The notes under the pieces: model-generated
Databases searched by the model: none
What the model was told of the DNA's origin: nothing
Seen by the model: the letters and a program-made list of their open reading frames with translations, nothing else
Part shown: piece after piece, positions 34,035-46,900 of the stretch
How the letters are laid out: every line of letters begins with the position of its first letter
Position numbering within the stretch: the stretch's first letter is position 1
Made by a program: the position numbers and the translations under genes
Source of the DNA: Piromyces finnis finn
Lineage: Eukaryota > Fungi > Neocallimastigomycota
DNA: 64,000 nt
Assembly (NCBI GenBank): GCA_002104945.1
Contig: MCFH01000088.1
Location: 62,001-126,000 of the forward strand
Direction: 5' to 3'

Positions 34035-36843
34035 TTATTCTCTAGTTCTTGGTCTTGGAGCACAACGAAGAATATCATCAACTCTAAGAATCATTTCAGC
34101 GGCTTCAGATGCAGATAATAAAACTTGACGCTTTAACTTTAATGATTCAGTAATTCCTAACTTACGCATACAATCAATCTTACCATTGTACATATCTATC
34201 AAAAATAATAATTAATATTAATATTTTTATATCATAAAAAAAAATAAAAATAAAAAATAAAAATAAAAAAAACTAGAATATTAATTTTATTATTTATCAA
34301 TGTATGTTTTGATAATCTACCTAAACCGTAAGAACTCTTTCCATCATAATGAGCAGCACGAAGTTGAGCAACTAATTCAGAACTATCGTAACCAGCGTTA
34401 TCAGCTAAAATAGTTGGAATCTTTTATTGTTGTGTAGTAGGGTTATTGTATTTAATGTGTATAAAATTCATTTTGTTTTTTATTATAATATTTATATTAA
34501 ATATTAAAATGAACAAAAAATAAAAAATAATTAAAATATTTATATAAATAAAAAAAACATAAATAATAAATAAAATAATATATATTATATATTTTGATAA
34601 AATTGTACTTACTTGTCTAAGAGCACGAGCAAAGGATTCCATAGCTAATGCCTTCTTACCTGGAGTAACAGCAGCTAATTCATCAACAGCTTTAGACATA
34701 AGAACTTCAGAACAACCACCACCTAAAACTGTACTAGTTTCCTTAACAGTTTGACTTAAAACACATAAGGCATCATGAATAGAACGATCAGCTTCATCTA
34801 AGATTTGATTGGTAGCACCACGTAATACAATAGTACAAGCTTCACCAGCTGCAACACCAGAGAATCTAATAAGTTTATCTTCACCAATAATAATTTCTTC
34901 AATTAAATCACAGTGACCAAGCTTAACAAGTTCTGGGTGATCGAAAGTAGAAGCAATTTCACCACCTATGATCATTGTCATTAGTTTACATATAATTCAA
35001 TTATTTATATAATATATATAATATATGTAAATATTTAACAGCACTATAAATTACTCTAATATTTATTGAGAATCTTCTTAAATATAAACTCTATCTAAAT
35101 AATTTAATTACCAGTAACTAAAGCTAAACGTTCAACACCATCGAAATCGGCATGTTCAATAGACATGATGTTGGAATCAGCAAATAATTGTTCTGGCCAG
35201 TTGTAAATTAATTGACGATTAACAAAACAATTAATACCATGAGCCTTGATTTTTTCAACTTTTTCCTTCATCTTTTCCTATATTAATTTATTTGTTTGTA
35301 TGTTTGTTTGTTTGTTTATTTATTACTGATGTTGTTGAATTTAAATAATATAAAATATTTATATATTAATAATAAAATAATGATTACCTTTTCAGCTCTT
35401 TCTAATTCAGCAAGTTTACCAGTAGCATCAACACGAACTCTAGCTCCGAAAATCTTGATCTTATCAGTATCCATAGCTATTATTTTAAAAATATTTATAT
35501 TTCATTTAATAAAATATTTACTTGTTTATTTCTAAAATATTTAATATGATATTTTTATAATAATTACGAGTGTTAGCAATTAAAATGTTAGCATTTTCAA
35601 TTCTTTTTGGTTGGTTAACACCAATCTTCTTATCTAAAATAAAACCATCATCTAAATAAGAATCAGTAAGACGACCACCAGCCTTCTTAATAATTTGAAT
35701 ACTATCTAAATTGGTGCTTCCCTGTTTTAAATAAATTCAAATATTTATATTTATTATATATATATTATTGTCATTATTGTTATGATTATTAATGATAGTG
35801 ATATTGTAATTATACATTAATAAAAAAAATTATATTCAAATACAATTTATTGTTAATTTATAAGCAAAACAATTATTCAAATACTTAAAATAACAATATA
35901 TATTACCTTTAAACGAAGAACGGCATTAACAGCAAGATTAGCAAAGTAATCTTTATCAGTTGATAAAACTTTAGAACTTAAAGTAGTTCTAGCAATGTTA
36001 AGAAGATCTTCCTTAAACTTTTCTTGATCTTGACTATTTTTGTATTTCGATTATGATATAATTAAATCATCAATTCATTAATACTTTAATTTAGAACTAT
36101 TTATCTACTAAATTTCAATTATGTACTTACCCATTATCAACAGCAGATTGTTCTAAAGCCTTTTGAGCAGCTTGAGCAGCAAGACGATAACCTTCAATAA
36201 TGGTTTGTGGATGAATTTTTTTGTTAACTAATTTTTCAGCTTCTCTTAAAAGTTCAGAAGCAAGAACACAAACAGAAGTAGTACCATCACCAACTTCATC
36301 ATCTTGAACCTTTGAAATATCTATAATTAACAATCAAAAAAATAAAAAAAAAAAAAGAATCAAGGATATAATAGATATGATATATTCTTAAATAAAACAA
36401 TAATTATTCATTATTTTTCATTTTTCATATTAAAAAGGATACTGACAAGAACCTTAGCAGCAGCATTATCTAAGGCAATAGACTTAAGGATAGTAGCACC
36501 ATCATTAGTAACTTGAATATTTTCAGTGTTAGAAGTAGATTGAAGAATTTTATCCTATAATAAAAGCATAATGTTATATATAAATTTAGATATTTATATT
36601 TTTAAAATCATTCTTCTACACTATTATTGTACAACATACCATTCCCTTTGGACCTAAAGTGGATTTTAATAAATCACCAATAGCAATGGCACCAATGAAA
36701 GAGGCCTAAGTGATATATATAAATTAATAAAAATAATTTCTTAAAAAATAAATTTATACTAATATTATGTTAAAAAAGCAAATACATACCATACGAGCAT
36801 TTTCAGCCTTTTCTTCAGTAGCGTTTTCTTGAAAGATTTGAGA
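34035..36843 (-). CDS. CCT2: T-complex protein 1 subunit beta (CCT-beta), multi-exon; the short first exon upstream of 36843 is not resolved
   Basis: [29 protein letters not shown]; [16 protein letters not shown]; [32 protein letters not shown]; [18 protein letters not shown]. Confidence 0.96.
36321..36442 (-). other. Putative U12-type (minor spliceosome) GT-AG intron in CCT2
   Basis: The 5' splice site reads GTATCCTTT and there is a TCCTTGAT branch-site match at 36359-36366. Splicing restores the frame: ..KVLV-N-ISKVQ.. Confidence 0.6.
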
Positions 36844-38759
36844 CTAATTGATAATTGTAATTTTAGAATATTATAGAAATAAGGAAAAATATCAATTTAC
36901 AATAGATCATATTTTAAATATTATAAAATTTTAAATATATTTAGAAAAAAAAATATATTTTTATATTAATTCATTACTATTTGAATTAATTATCTCATTT
37001 TTTTACAAATTATATAATGATATGATGATATGTGAATATATAGCTCAAATTAATAAAATATTATAAATGTAATTACTAAAAATTGAAATAATTGTTTTAA
37101 ATAGTTGCAATATTATAGTATATATATTATATTATATTTTTAATCATTTATTTTATTTAAATCTTATTGTTAATTTACCCATTTAACATGTTAAATATGG
37201 ATATACTTTTACATAATTTAAATCTTTATTCATAAATTAATATTGAAAATTTTGATTATTGATATTCATTCATTTCAAAAAAAAAAAAGAAGAAGAAGAA
37301 AAAAATGCTTATTCCAATTTACTACACAATAAATAAAAAATTGACTGTATTATTAATATTCATTTTTAAAAAAAAAAAAGATTTGATTCATCCTGTGACT
37401 TATTTTGCTGATTTTAAAGTAAACCTCATATAATTGTTGCTAATATACATATTAATTAATTTAATTAATTTAATTCTTTAGAAATATTTACCATTATTTT
37501 ATATTATATAATTAGAAAGTGATTGTTCAACAAAAACTTAATTATTGTTTCGAATAATTAATTGTCTATATTCTTTACTTCTTTAATATTTTTAAAATTA
37601 TATACTTTGAATTTTCTTATTTATAATCAATAGAATATTTATAAGAAAATGTATAATCCTTTCAAATATAAAATACGAAGTTAGGACTTGTTTGATGTGT
37701 TATATAATAGATCAAACCAAAATATTATAATAATATTGTATTATATAAACTAAAACTTTTTTTTTTGTATTAAAATTAAAATAAAAATTATTCAATTTAA
37801 TTAAGATATATATTATAATTAATTATAATATATTTAATAAATTAATTAATTATTTAATATATTTTTTATTTCTTATTTCTTGTATAATACACTAATAAAA
37901 AATCAATAATTGTAATATTAAATTTCTATACTATAACCAGTATTATACTGGCTAAAATAAAAAGGTTTTACCTATTATAACCTAAATTTTAGTAATAAAT
38001 AATAAATCTACTAATTCATTTATTATATATATCAAGTATAATATATTATATATAACATTTCTAATAAACCTCAAATTAGCCTATAAATGATATAAAAACT
38101 ATAGAAATAAATTATATATATAGAACCATAAAGAAAGAATCATTCATCCAATCATAAAATAAAATAATATATAATTCAATGTACAATAAATTAAAAATTA
38201 TTAAATAAATGTATTGTACATTAAACATAAAGGTTAGAATTCCAAAATAATGTGGATTATTTAGATTATAAAGGGTTACACAACATAAAAGTAAATAATT
38301 AATACATTTATTAAAAATTGACTTTGTTCAAAGTTATTAAATCTTATTTATGTACTGAATAAAATATTATTACTTATTGAAACTAATGTGTTTTCTTTAA
38401 ATAGCTAAGAATGTATTTAATTTTAATATAACTCCTTTATAATTAACTTTTTTCTTTTCTTTTCTTTCTTAAAATTATAATTAATTTTCAAAAAATTAAG
38501 TGAATAAATAAAAATGCAAACTTTTATATAAATATTTTTTTATATTATATCAATTTTATTTTAATTTTCTAAATATAAAAAACCATTTGTAGACAAGATT
38601 AAATAAACTTCTTGAATTTTTACAAATAATAGCAAAATAATAACAATAATAATATTTTATATGTCATTGATACTTTTGTGATAAACTTAAAAGTTATGTA
38701 GTTATTGAATTTTATGTAATATAGAGCTATATTGATTTTTTACTCGATTAAAATATGAG

Positions 38760-38794
<35 letters not shown>

Positions 38795-39754
38795 GAATAT
38801 TAATAAGGATTAAACATAAATGGACGAAAAAAATAATATATCTTATTATCATTAATTCATAAAAAGGAAAATAACGTTACTATTATTACAATATTTAATT
38901 TTTTAATTAGAATTTAATATAAAGTTTTATCAAGAGTTAAAATTGTGATTAAAATTAATTGTGTATATCTTACATTTTCTTCAGCATTAACGTGTTGTTG
39001 TTACTTTACTTGAATATTGATTAACCATCATTGATCAATAAAGAACGTAAATTATTATAATAGTTAGAAGTTTTACTATGATTATCAAAAATAGAGATAT
39101 TTCCTAATTTCTTGATTAAATTGGATTTTTATATTTATTTTTTTCTTATTCCTTTGAATTGCAGTAATTATTAAACTTTTTCTTTCAAGAAGTAATTTAA
39201 ATATACCTATATTTTAAAATACTAAAAAAATTAATAAAAATGTATATATTCATTGTATTATATTATAATTACCATTAATTAAATTGTTAAATAATTGTTC
39301 AAATTTAAATAATTAGAAATATCATCTTCACTATTAAACACTATTATTATTGATAGTTTTGAATAACTTTATTAAAAAAAATAATTTAATATTTGAGCCA
39401 GACTATTGATACGCATAATACAGATAGATTATATTTTGGATATTTGATTAACCAATGTTAATTTTTTGATAACCACTTTTGCTACGTGGTAGTAATTCGG
39501 ACAAATTGAATCAATTGACTATTTTATTAAATGTATTTTTTAAACATAACTATTTCTTGATTTCAATAAATCTAGTAAATATTATATTAGAATTTTCATT
39601 CAATAACACGAAAAGACAAAAAGGTTTTATTTTTTTTTTATTTTTTTTTTTTTATTATTTTTCTTTCTTAATGTTATTAAGAGTGTAAGTATTAACTTAT
39701 AATAAAATTTTTAAAATAAATTTTTCAATGTAAAAAAAAATAAACATTTTAAAA

Positions 39755-39836
39755 CGTCAGCTGCAGGGTTTGAACCTGCGCGGGCAAAGCCCATCAGATT
39801 TCAAGTCTGACTCCTTAACCACTCGGACAAACTGAC
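39755..39836 (-). tRNA. tRNA-Ser(UGA), 82 nt, no intron
   Basis: GTCAGTTTGTCCGAGTGGTTAAGGAGTCAGACTTGAAATCTGATGGGCTTTGCCCGCGCAGGTTCAAACCCTGCAGCTGACG: cloverleaf, anticodon TGA, long variable arm GGGC-TTT-GCCC, discriminator G. Confidence 0.96.
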
Positions 39837-39850
39837 TACATAATATTAAT

Positions 39851-41013
39851 TGATACGCTACTCACATAAAAACATGATAAAAACTAGCTGAATAAACACG
39901 ACTTAACCCATAGTAACTTATAATAAAAATAAACAATAATAACCCTTAAAGATGAATGAATAATAATTTTATGAAAATATAACCCTTTCTTTAAATAAAA
40001 AATATTATCTTTATTATATAATAAATTCTGAGTAAAAACGACCTAATAGTGATAATAATAAAATAAATTATTAAATAAAATAAATTATTAAATAAAATAA
40101 ATTATTAAATAAAATAAATTATTAAATAAAATAAAACGACTTAATCCAATAATGTACTAAAATAATAAAATAATAATAAATAAATAAAAATGAATAAATA
40201 AACTAAAAATAAAATGATATACATCAAATTATTAATTCTAGTGTTTATCCAAGTGTTCTTTAGAAATTCTCTTAAACTTATAAATTAAAAAAAATAACTA
40301 ATTGAGTAATTATTACTAAAATGATAAACTTAAAACCTGGAAATAGAACAATAATAACAATTCCAAAGATAAAATACAGAACTCTTTTATGTTTCTGTAT
40401 AAAATGAGTGTTTATAATAATTGATACTTTTAATATTTTAATTTTGTTAAATTTTTATTTTAATTTTATTTTAATTTTATTTTAATATTATTTTAATTTT
40501 AAATTTTAATTATTTTATTCAAGGTATTATACATTTAATGATAGTCAATGATAATTTATAATAATTTTTCTAAATTTAAACATTTTGAAGTAATAAGAAA
40601 ATCAAATAAGTAATATTCTATAATATTTTATAATACTAAGACATAATTTTAATTTATTCTTTTAATTTTAATAAATAATAACAATAGTTATAATAGCATT
40701 TAATAGTTAAAAATAATAATACCTGTAATAAATGAAAATGTATAAAAGGAAGATAAAATTCTTCTTTATAAAGGGCGGACAATAAATAGAGAATAAAAAG
40801 ACTATAAATAGACAATAAATAAATTATAAATATAATAAAGAGATAATTTAAACATAATAAAAAGAGTTTATTTTCGAGTTTTTGAGTGATTTATTTGTTA
40901 ATTATAAAACATATTTTATTTTATTTTAAATTTATTGTTTCATCATTATAATATAGAATTTATTATTTATTAAAAACATTATATTATTCACAAATATATC
41001 GGTCAACGCATCA
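39851..41013 (+). repeat. 5' LTR (1163 bp), TGATAC...GCATCA
   Basis: Near-identical direct repeat of 48612-49767. Confidence 0.95.
40773..40810 (+). promoter_or_regulatory. Possible LTR promoter: GGGCGG box and TATAAATA
   Basis: Motif match only. GGGCGG is rare in this AT-rich LTR. The TATA-containing unit is duplicated in the 3' LTR. Confidence 0.35.
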
Positions 41014-41021
41014 TAAAATTT

Positions 41022-41039
41022 TGGTGGAGAATCCGGGCG
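41022..41039 (+). other. Primer binding site complementary to the 3' end of a tRNA-Ala
   Basis: TGGTGGAGAATCCGGGCG reverse-complements to ..GCCCGG-ATTCTCC-A-CCA. That acceptor strand has U70 and A73 and would pair with GGGGAAT (G3:U70), as in eukaryotic tRNA-Ala. Confidence 0.75.
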
Positions 41040-41153
41040 TGACCAAAGATATGAAAAAGAATAATATTAATAATAATACTAATAAATTCTAAGATATTAA
41101 GCGTTTATAAAAAAACAGTTTACACTTAATTTAATTTTATTATATATTCTTCT

Positions 41154-41185
<32 letters not shown>

Positions 41186-42051
41186 AAAAAAAAATTTAAT
41201 TATATATATAAAAGGAAATATATATAATTTTAAAATTATAAAAATTTTAATATTTCTAAAAAGGGTATTTAAGAAATTAAAGATTAAGTGATTAATAGTT
41301 AGTCATATACGTTACACAAGGAAGAAAATTTCTATAATTCCTATAATCGTTTCCGTTCTTATTATTAATAAGGATAACTTAATCCATTCAGTTAGTTTGT
41401 TATATTTCTGATCTATCCAGGGGATCAGTGTGATAGTAAAAACTAGGAAAAAAAGTTAATCCTTCTCAGCAGTTAATAATAAGATCATAATTTGAATTAA
41501 ATATACAATTTTTATTTCTTAATTAAGAGAATAAATTAATTCACCAGTGCTTATTTGTAGAGGCGGCTGTTGAATGAAAAACTTCTTAGCTTAAGGCTAC
41601 CTACATATTAAGCGAATAATTTATTTCAATATTCTTAATTATTGACTAAAAATTTTTTAATTTAAATTATAACAAAAAAAAAATAGTAAGTATATATTGG
41701 TTGTTGTTATATAATAGACTGAGTTCGAAATATAGCAATAATTAAAGCAATTATTATTTAGAGAGTAAGGCGGGTACACACTCAGCAAGAGGGAGTAGGT
41801 ATACTAGACAGCCTTTATTTGATTCTCAAGTAAGAGAGTAGCAAGTTCGGCTGAAAATCCTGAGTAAGGAGCAGAACTTTGGAAGTGAAAATTTATCATT
41901 TAAAGGTGGGGGTTTAGTAGGGATCCGAAAGTCTTTATAGTCACTGTGCCTCGGGTGCCTAAAAATAAATAAATAATTGTAACAATATATATAAACTATT
42001 ATAATTAAATTAAATAAAAAAAAATATACATATTCTTATAAATTCCTAATT

Positions 42052-42091
<40 letters not shown>

Positions 42092-42681
42092 ATTCTTTCA
42101 TTCTTCCTTGATCATTTAAAATTGAGAGTTAATAAATTGCATTTAAATTTATAATTAGATATTATTCCGTAAAGCTTCTATTATTCCTGACTAATAATAA
42201 TAATATAATATACTTTCTATAAAATACTTCTCTGATCTGATCTCATTCAATATTAAATTTCATTTATTTATATAATTTTTATAATTTATATAATCCATAT
42301 AATATATATAATTTATACAATATATATATAGATTTCTGTTGTATTACTTATTTTTTATTCTTTTATTTTTCTTTAATATACTTCTCAATTTCTAAATAAT
42401 TTTCTTTAATTTTTTTCAAAAAAAAAAAAAAAAAAAAAAAAAAATTTATAAATTTTATATTATTTTATACTTTATCAATTTATCAATTATTTATATATTC
42501 AATTCTTTTCATTTTTAATTTTATAAATATTATTAATATTATTATATTATTAAAGTTCAAAACACATATATATATATATAATATATAAATTCCAATTATT
42601 TTCTTTATTATCATTTATTTCAAATTAAATTATTCTTTTATTTTAATTATTTTACCTTATAAGAAATTTATATATACAAAA

Positions 42682-43908
42682 ATGAAGATCAGTGAAATTA
42701 CTAAAATGCTACCCAGAATTGGTAGTCAAGATAGGGATATCGAAAGCTGGGCTGAAGAATTCAGCAGAGTTATGGACCTATCTGACATCAATGATCCCAA
42801 AAAGATATTTGCTTAGGCAAAGGAAAGTGTCCAAGGTAGATTAAAAGGAATCATTGATGACTTAAAAACAGAAAGTGATACTGGAACAAATTATCCTAGT
42901 ATCGAAGATATTAAAGAGGCTATTGAAGAATACTTAGAAATCACGCCTCAAGAAAAATGCTTCAATGTTAAGTCTCTAAAAATTAGAAGAGGAGAAAGTA
43001 TTAAGGATTTCAACTGGAGATACGGAAACTTATATAAAAATCTTAATGTTGGATCCCAACTATTCATTACTGTTAAAGATTATACTAATTCCATCATTTC
43101 TCGTCCTTTCATTAGAACTCAAGTAATCACTGCCCAACCTAAAGATATAGAAGCTGCTTTTAAGGTTGCCGAATTAGCTGAATCAGCAACTGAAGTTCCT
43201 CAGTATCATAATGTTAATATGTTTACGGACAGCCAACCTTACTTTGATCCATATCAAAACCAAAATTATAATCTATTTACTCAACATAGTGGTGGAACTA
43301 ACTATAATTATTATAATAATAATGATAGTCCATATACTTATAATGGATATTATAATAATAACTATAATAATAATAACTATAATAATAATTATGATAATAA
43401 TAATTATGATAATAATAATAATTATAATAATTATAATATGCGATTCAATGGAAACTATAATATGAGAAATCAACGTTTTAACAAAAGGAATAATTACAGA
43501 AATAATTACCCAAATAATTTCAATACTAATAATTATAATAATTATAATAATAATTATAATAACTATCAAGGTGATCAAAATGCATATAATAATGGTTATA
43601 ATAAATACCCTAATAATTCTAATACATTTAGTAACAATAATTATTCCAATATGGAAGAAAATAAATCATATCAAAATTCTAATAATTATTCTAATAATGC
43701 TAATAAAATGAATACTACTACTAATAAAGTTAATCAAACCACACCTCAAAGTCAAGTGAATATGTTTAACCAGTCTCAAAGAAATAAATGCTTCAGATGT
43801 CAACAAGTAGGCCACAAAATGCAAGATTGCAAATATACGTTCCAAGAACTTGCAGAAATGGAAAAACAAGGCCTTATAAACTCTAATCAAAATCATTTAA
43901 ACTTATGA
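42682..43908 (+). pseudogene. gag: gag ORF with an in-frame TAG at codon 45; Asn/Tyr-rich region and CCHC zinc knuckle
   Basis: ATG 42682 is in frame with ORF 43219-43908. The only stop is TAG 42814-42816 (IFA*AKE). Zinc knuckle CFRCQQVGHKMQDC. Confidence 0.85.
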
Positions 43909-43930
43909 ATGGGAGAAGGAATACTCCCAT
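43896..43930 (+). promoter_or_regulatory. -1 programmed ribosomal frameshift signal (U UUA AAC plus a 7-bp hairpin)
   Basis: The heptamer at 43896-43902 is correctly phased in gag. After a 6-nt spacer comes the stem ATGGGAG/CTCCCAT (43909-43930). pol is in the -1 frame. Confidence 0.8.
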
Positions 43931-46900
43931 AAATCAAACCAATACTACTTTTGCTACAATATCAGTACCAGTAAATGAAGAAATTACTATTCCAGTAATA
44001 AGAAAAGCTAAAAAGAATACTGATATTAAACCATATAAAAGAACTACCAAAGAAAAATTAAGTGATAATCCACAACCAATTAGAGTTCCAAGTAATGAGA
44101 CTAGAGAACCATCAAATAATACTTATGAAGATATAATTGAAGTTCCAAATAATGAAGTAGAATTGGAGACTGTAATTGAAAATGAAAATAATAATAATAA
44201 TAATAATCTTAATAATAATTATAATAATAATATTAATAATAATATGAGTATGAATAATGACACTAATATAAATAATAATGAAAGTAATAAAATAGATAAT
44301 AACATTAATGATAATAATATTAATAATAACACTAATTCAACAGAAGCATTAAAACAATTAGATCCTTCATTCATTAATCAACCCACTATAGATAAAGCTA
44401 AACGAAATAATAAAAAAGAACGGGAAAAGGAAATAATAGAATTAGCAAAAGAGATTGAACTTCCAAGTCAAAAAGAAAAAGATGTACCAAATGAAAAAGG
44501 TACAAAAAGATTAGTTATATCAGCAGATCAAGAAAAATATAATATAACTAAAGATATAGGAGAAAAATTTGCAAATATAACAATAGGTCAACTACTTGAA
44601 ATTAGTCCTAAATTAAAAACAGAACTTTCAAAAGCATTAAAATTTACTAAAATTATTGAGGATGAATCTACAATTCTTTCCACCATAAGAAAAGATAAAG
44701 TTGTGAAATCAAAATGCAAAATAGAAGGAATAGAAACTACTGTATATTTGGATTCCTGTTCATCTATAAATATGATTACTAGAAAGTTCCTATTAGAAAA
44801 TAATATTCCATTAAAACCAGTTTCAAAAATTAGAGAGACTTTATATCAAGCTTATTCTAATACTACTATTGAGTCGCATCTATACGAAATTGAAATTACT
44901 ATTGGTGATATAACATCTATAGAAATATTTAGACTTATTGAGAAAGAAGATATATTCCAAGTTTTAATAGGTGTAGAAACTCTAGCCAATATGAAATTAA
45001 TTATGGACTTTTCTGATCATACTTTATATCAGAAAACTGATGATATTCACAAAATCGGATCCTTTGAAAGTATTAATGAAATGAATCCAATTAACTTAAT
45101 AGAAGAATTTGATGAAGAAGTTAATCAAGGTGCATTAATATACTACTTAACTAGTCAGAATGCTAAATATCAAGATTTAGAGATAAAAACTACTAATGAT
45201 TCTAAACTACAACTTATTAATAAAATAGTAGACGAAGCACAAGAAGAAGCAAAAGACCAATTAAAGAATCTTTTAGTAACCAATATAGATGTTTTAGCTA
45301 ATGATACTGATGATTTGGGTAAATCAAAATTATTAGCTCATGAAATTAAATTAAATCAAGATGATCCTATTAAACAGAAAATGTATCGTATTTCTAATAA
45401 AGAACATATGGAAATTCTAAAAGAAGAAATAGGAAAGCTTTTAAAGAATGATTTAATAGAACCATCACAATCATCTTGGTCTTCTCCAGTTTTATTAGTA
45501 CCAAAAAAGAATGGAAAATGGAGGATGTGTGTAGATTATAGAAAATTAAATTCTATAACAATAAAAGATTCATATCCACTTCCATACATCGAAGAAATAT
45601 TATTTTCTATTGGTAATAATGTAAAATATTTATCTACATTAGATTTATTCTCTGGTTTTCATCAAATACCAATGAAAAAAGAAGATATTGATAAAACATG
45701 TTTTACAACAATATTTGGAAATTATAATTACAAAGTAATGCCTTTTGGTTTATGTAATGCTCCAGCAACCTTTCAAAGAGAAATGAACCGTATATTTCTA
45801 CCACTTATTGGAAAATGTTTATTTGTTTATATGGATGACCTTTTAGTATTTTCTCCAAGTCTTGAACAACATATATTAGATCTTCAAAAGGTTTTTAATA
45901 TAATAAAAGAAAATGGTATAAAAGCAAATCTTTCTAAATGTCATTTCTTAAAACAAGAAGTAGAGGTCCTTGGTCATATTCTATCAGTAGAAGGTGTCAA
46001 ACCAGTTGAAAAGAAAATTGAAACTATTAAAAATTGGAAGTCACCAACAAACCTTACACAGCTAAGATCATTTTTAGGAGCTATAGGATATTACAGGAAG
46101 TTTATAAAAGATTTTGCCCAAATTGCTCATCCATTATTTAAATTATTAAAAAAGGGTATGAAATTTGAATGGACATCTGAAACTGAACAAAGTTTCCAAA
46201 TACTAAAAGAAAGACTGATTAAGTCTCCTATTTTAAAATATCCTGACTATGATAAATATTTTATTATAAGAACTGATGCATCACTTAATGGTATTGGTGG
46301 TGTATTACTTCAAAAAGATGAAAATAATGTTGAACATCCAATTCATTATGTTAGTAGGTCTTTAAATGATAGTGAAATTAATTATAGTATAACTGACTTA
46401 GAAGGAACCGCAGCTTTTTATTGTTGTAAGAAATTTAAATCTTATATAAGTGGGAATAAAGAAGAAACGATATTATATACTGACCATAAACCTTTAGTTG
46501 GCTTATTTAATAATAAAGAACCAAATAATGCTCGTCAAACACGCTGGGTTACTACACTTAGTATGCTCAAGGTAAAAGTCAAATATGAACAAGGAAAGAA
46601 AAATGTAGTCGCTGATGCATTATCTAGACTAATACCAGACAATAAAAATGATATAAAAATTTCACTAGCTACCTTTAATAATAATGATGGTGAAACTACT
46701 AAAAATAATATTTTAAATTCAAATAAAGATTTTTACTCTAAAAATAATGAAAATATAGTTTATTCTTGTAATTTTAATAATTCATGTATTAATGATAATG
46801 AAATAAATAAAAATAACAATATTAATCCCTATATTGATAAAAATATTGACTTTAATAAAAATTCTTGTGTTAATGAAAGTGTAAATTCAATTAAATATTC

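Noticed and set aside
37200-39750. Scattered GC-richer patches and ORF 39479-39688 in intergenic DNA
   Set aside because: No coherent exon chain or recognisable motif.
43211-43896. Ile-rich ORFs overlapping gag (43211-43465, 43273-43578, 43666-43896)
   Set aside because: They are shadow frames of the AAT/TAT-rich gag region.
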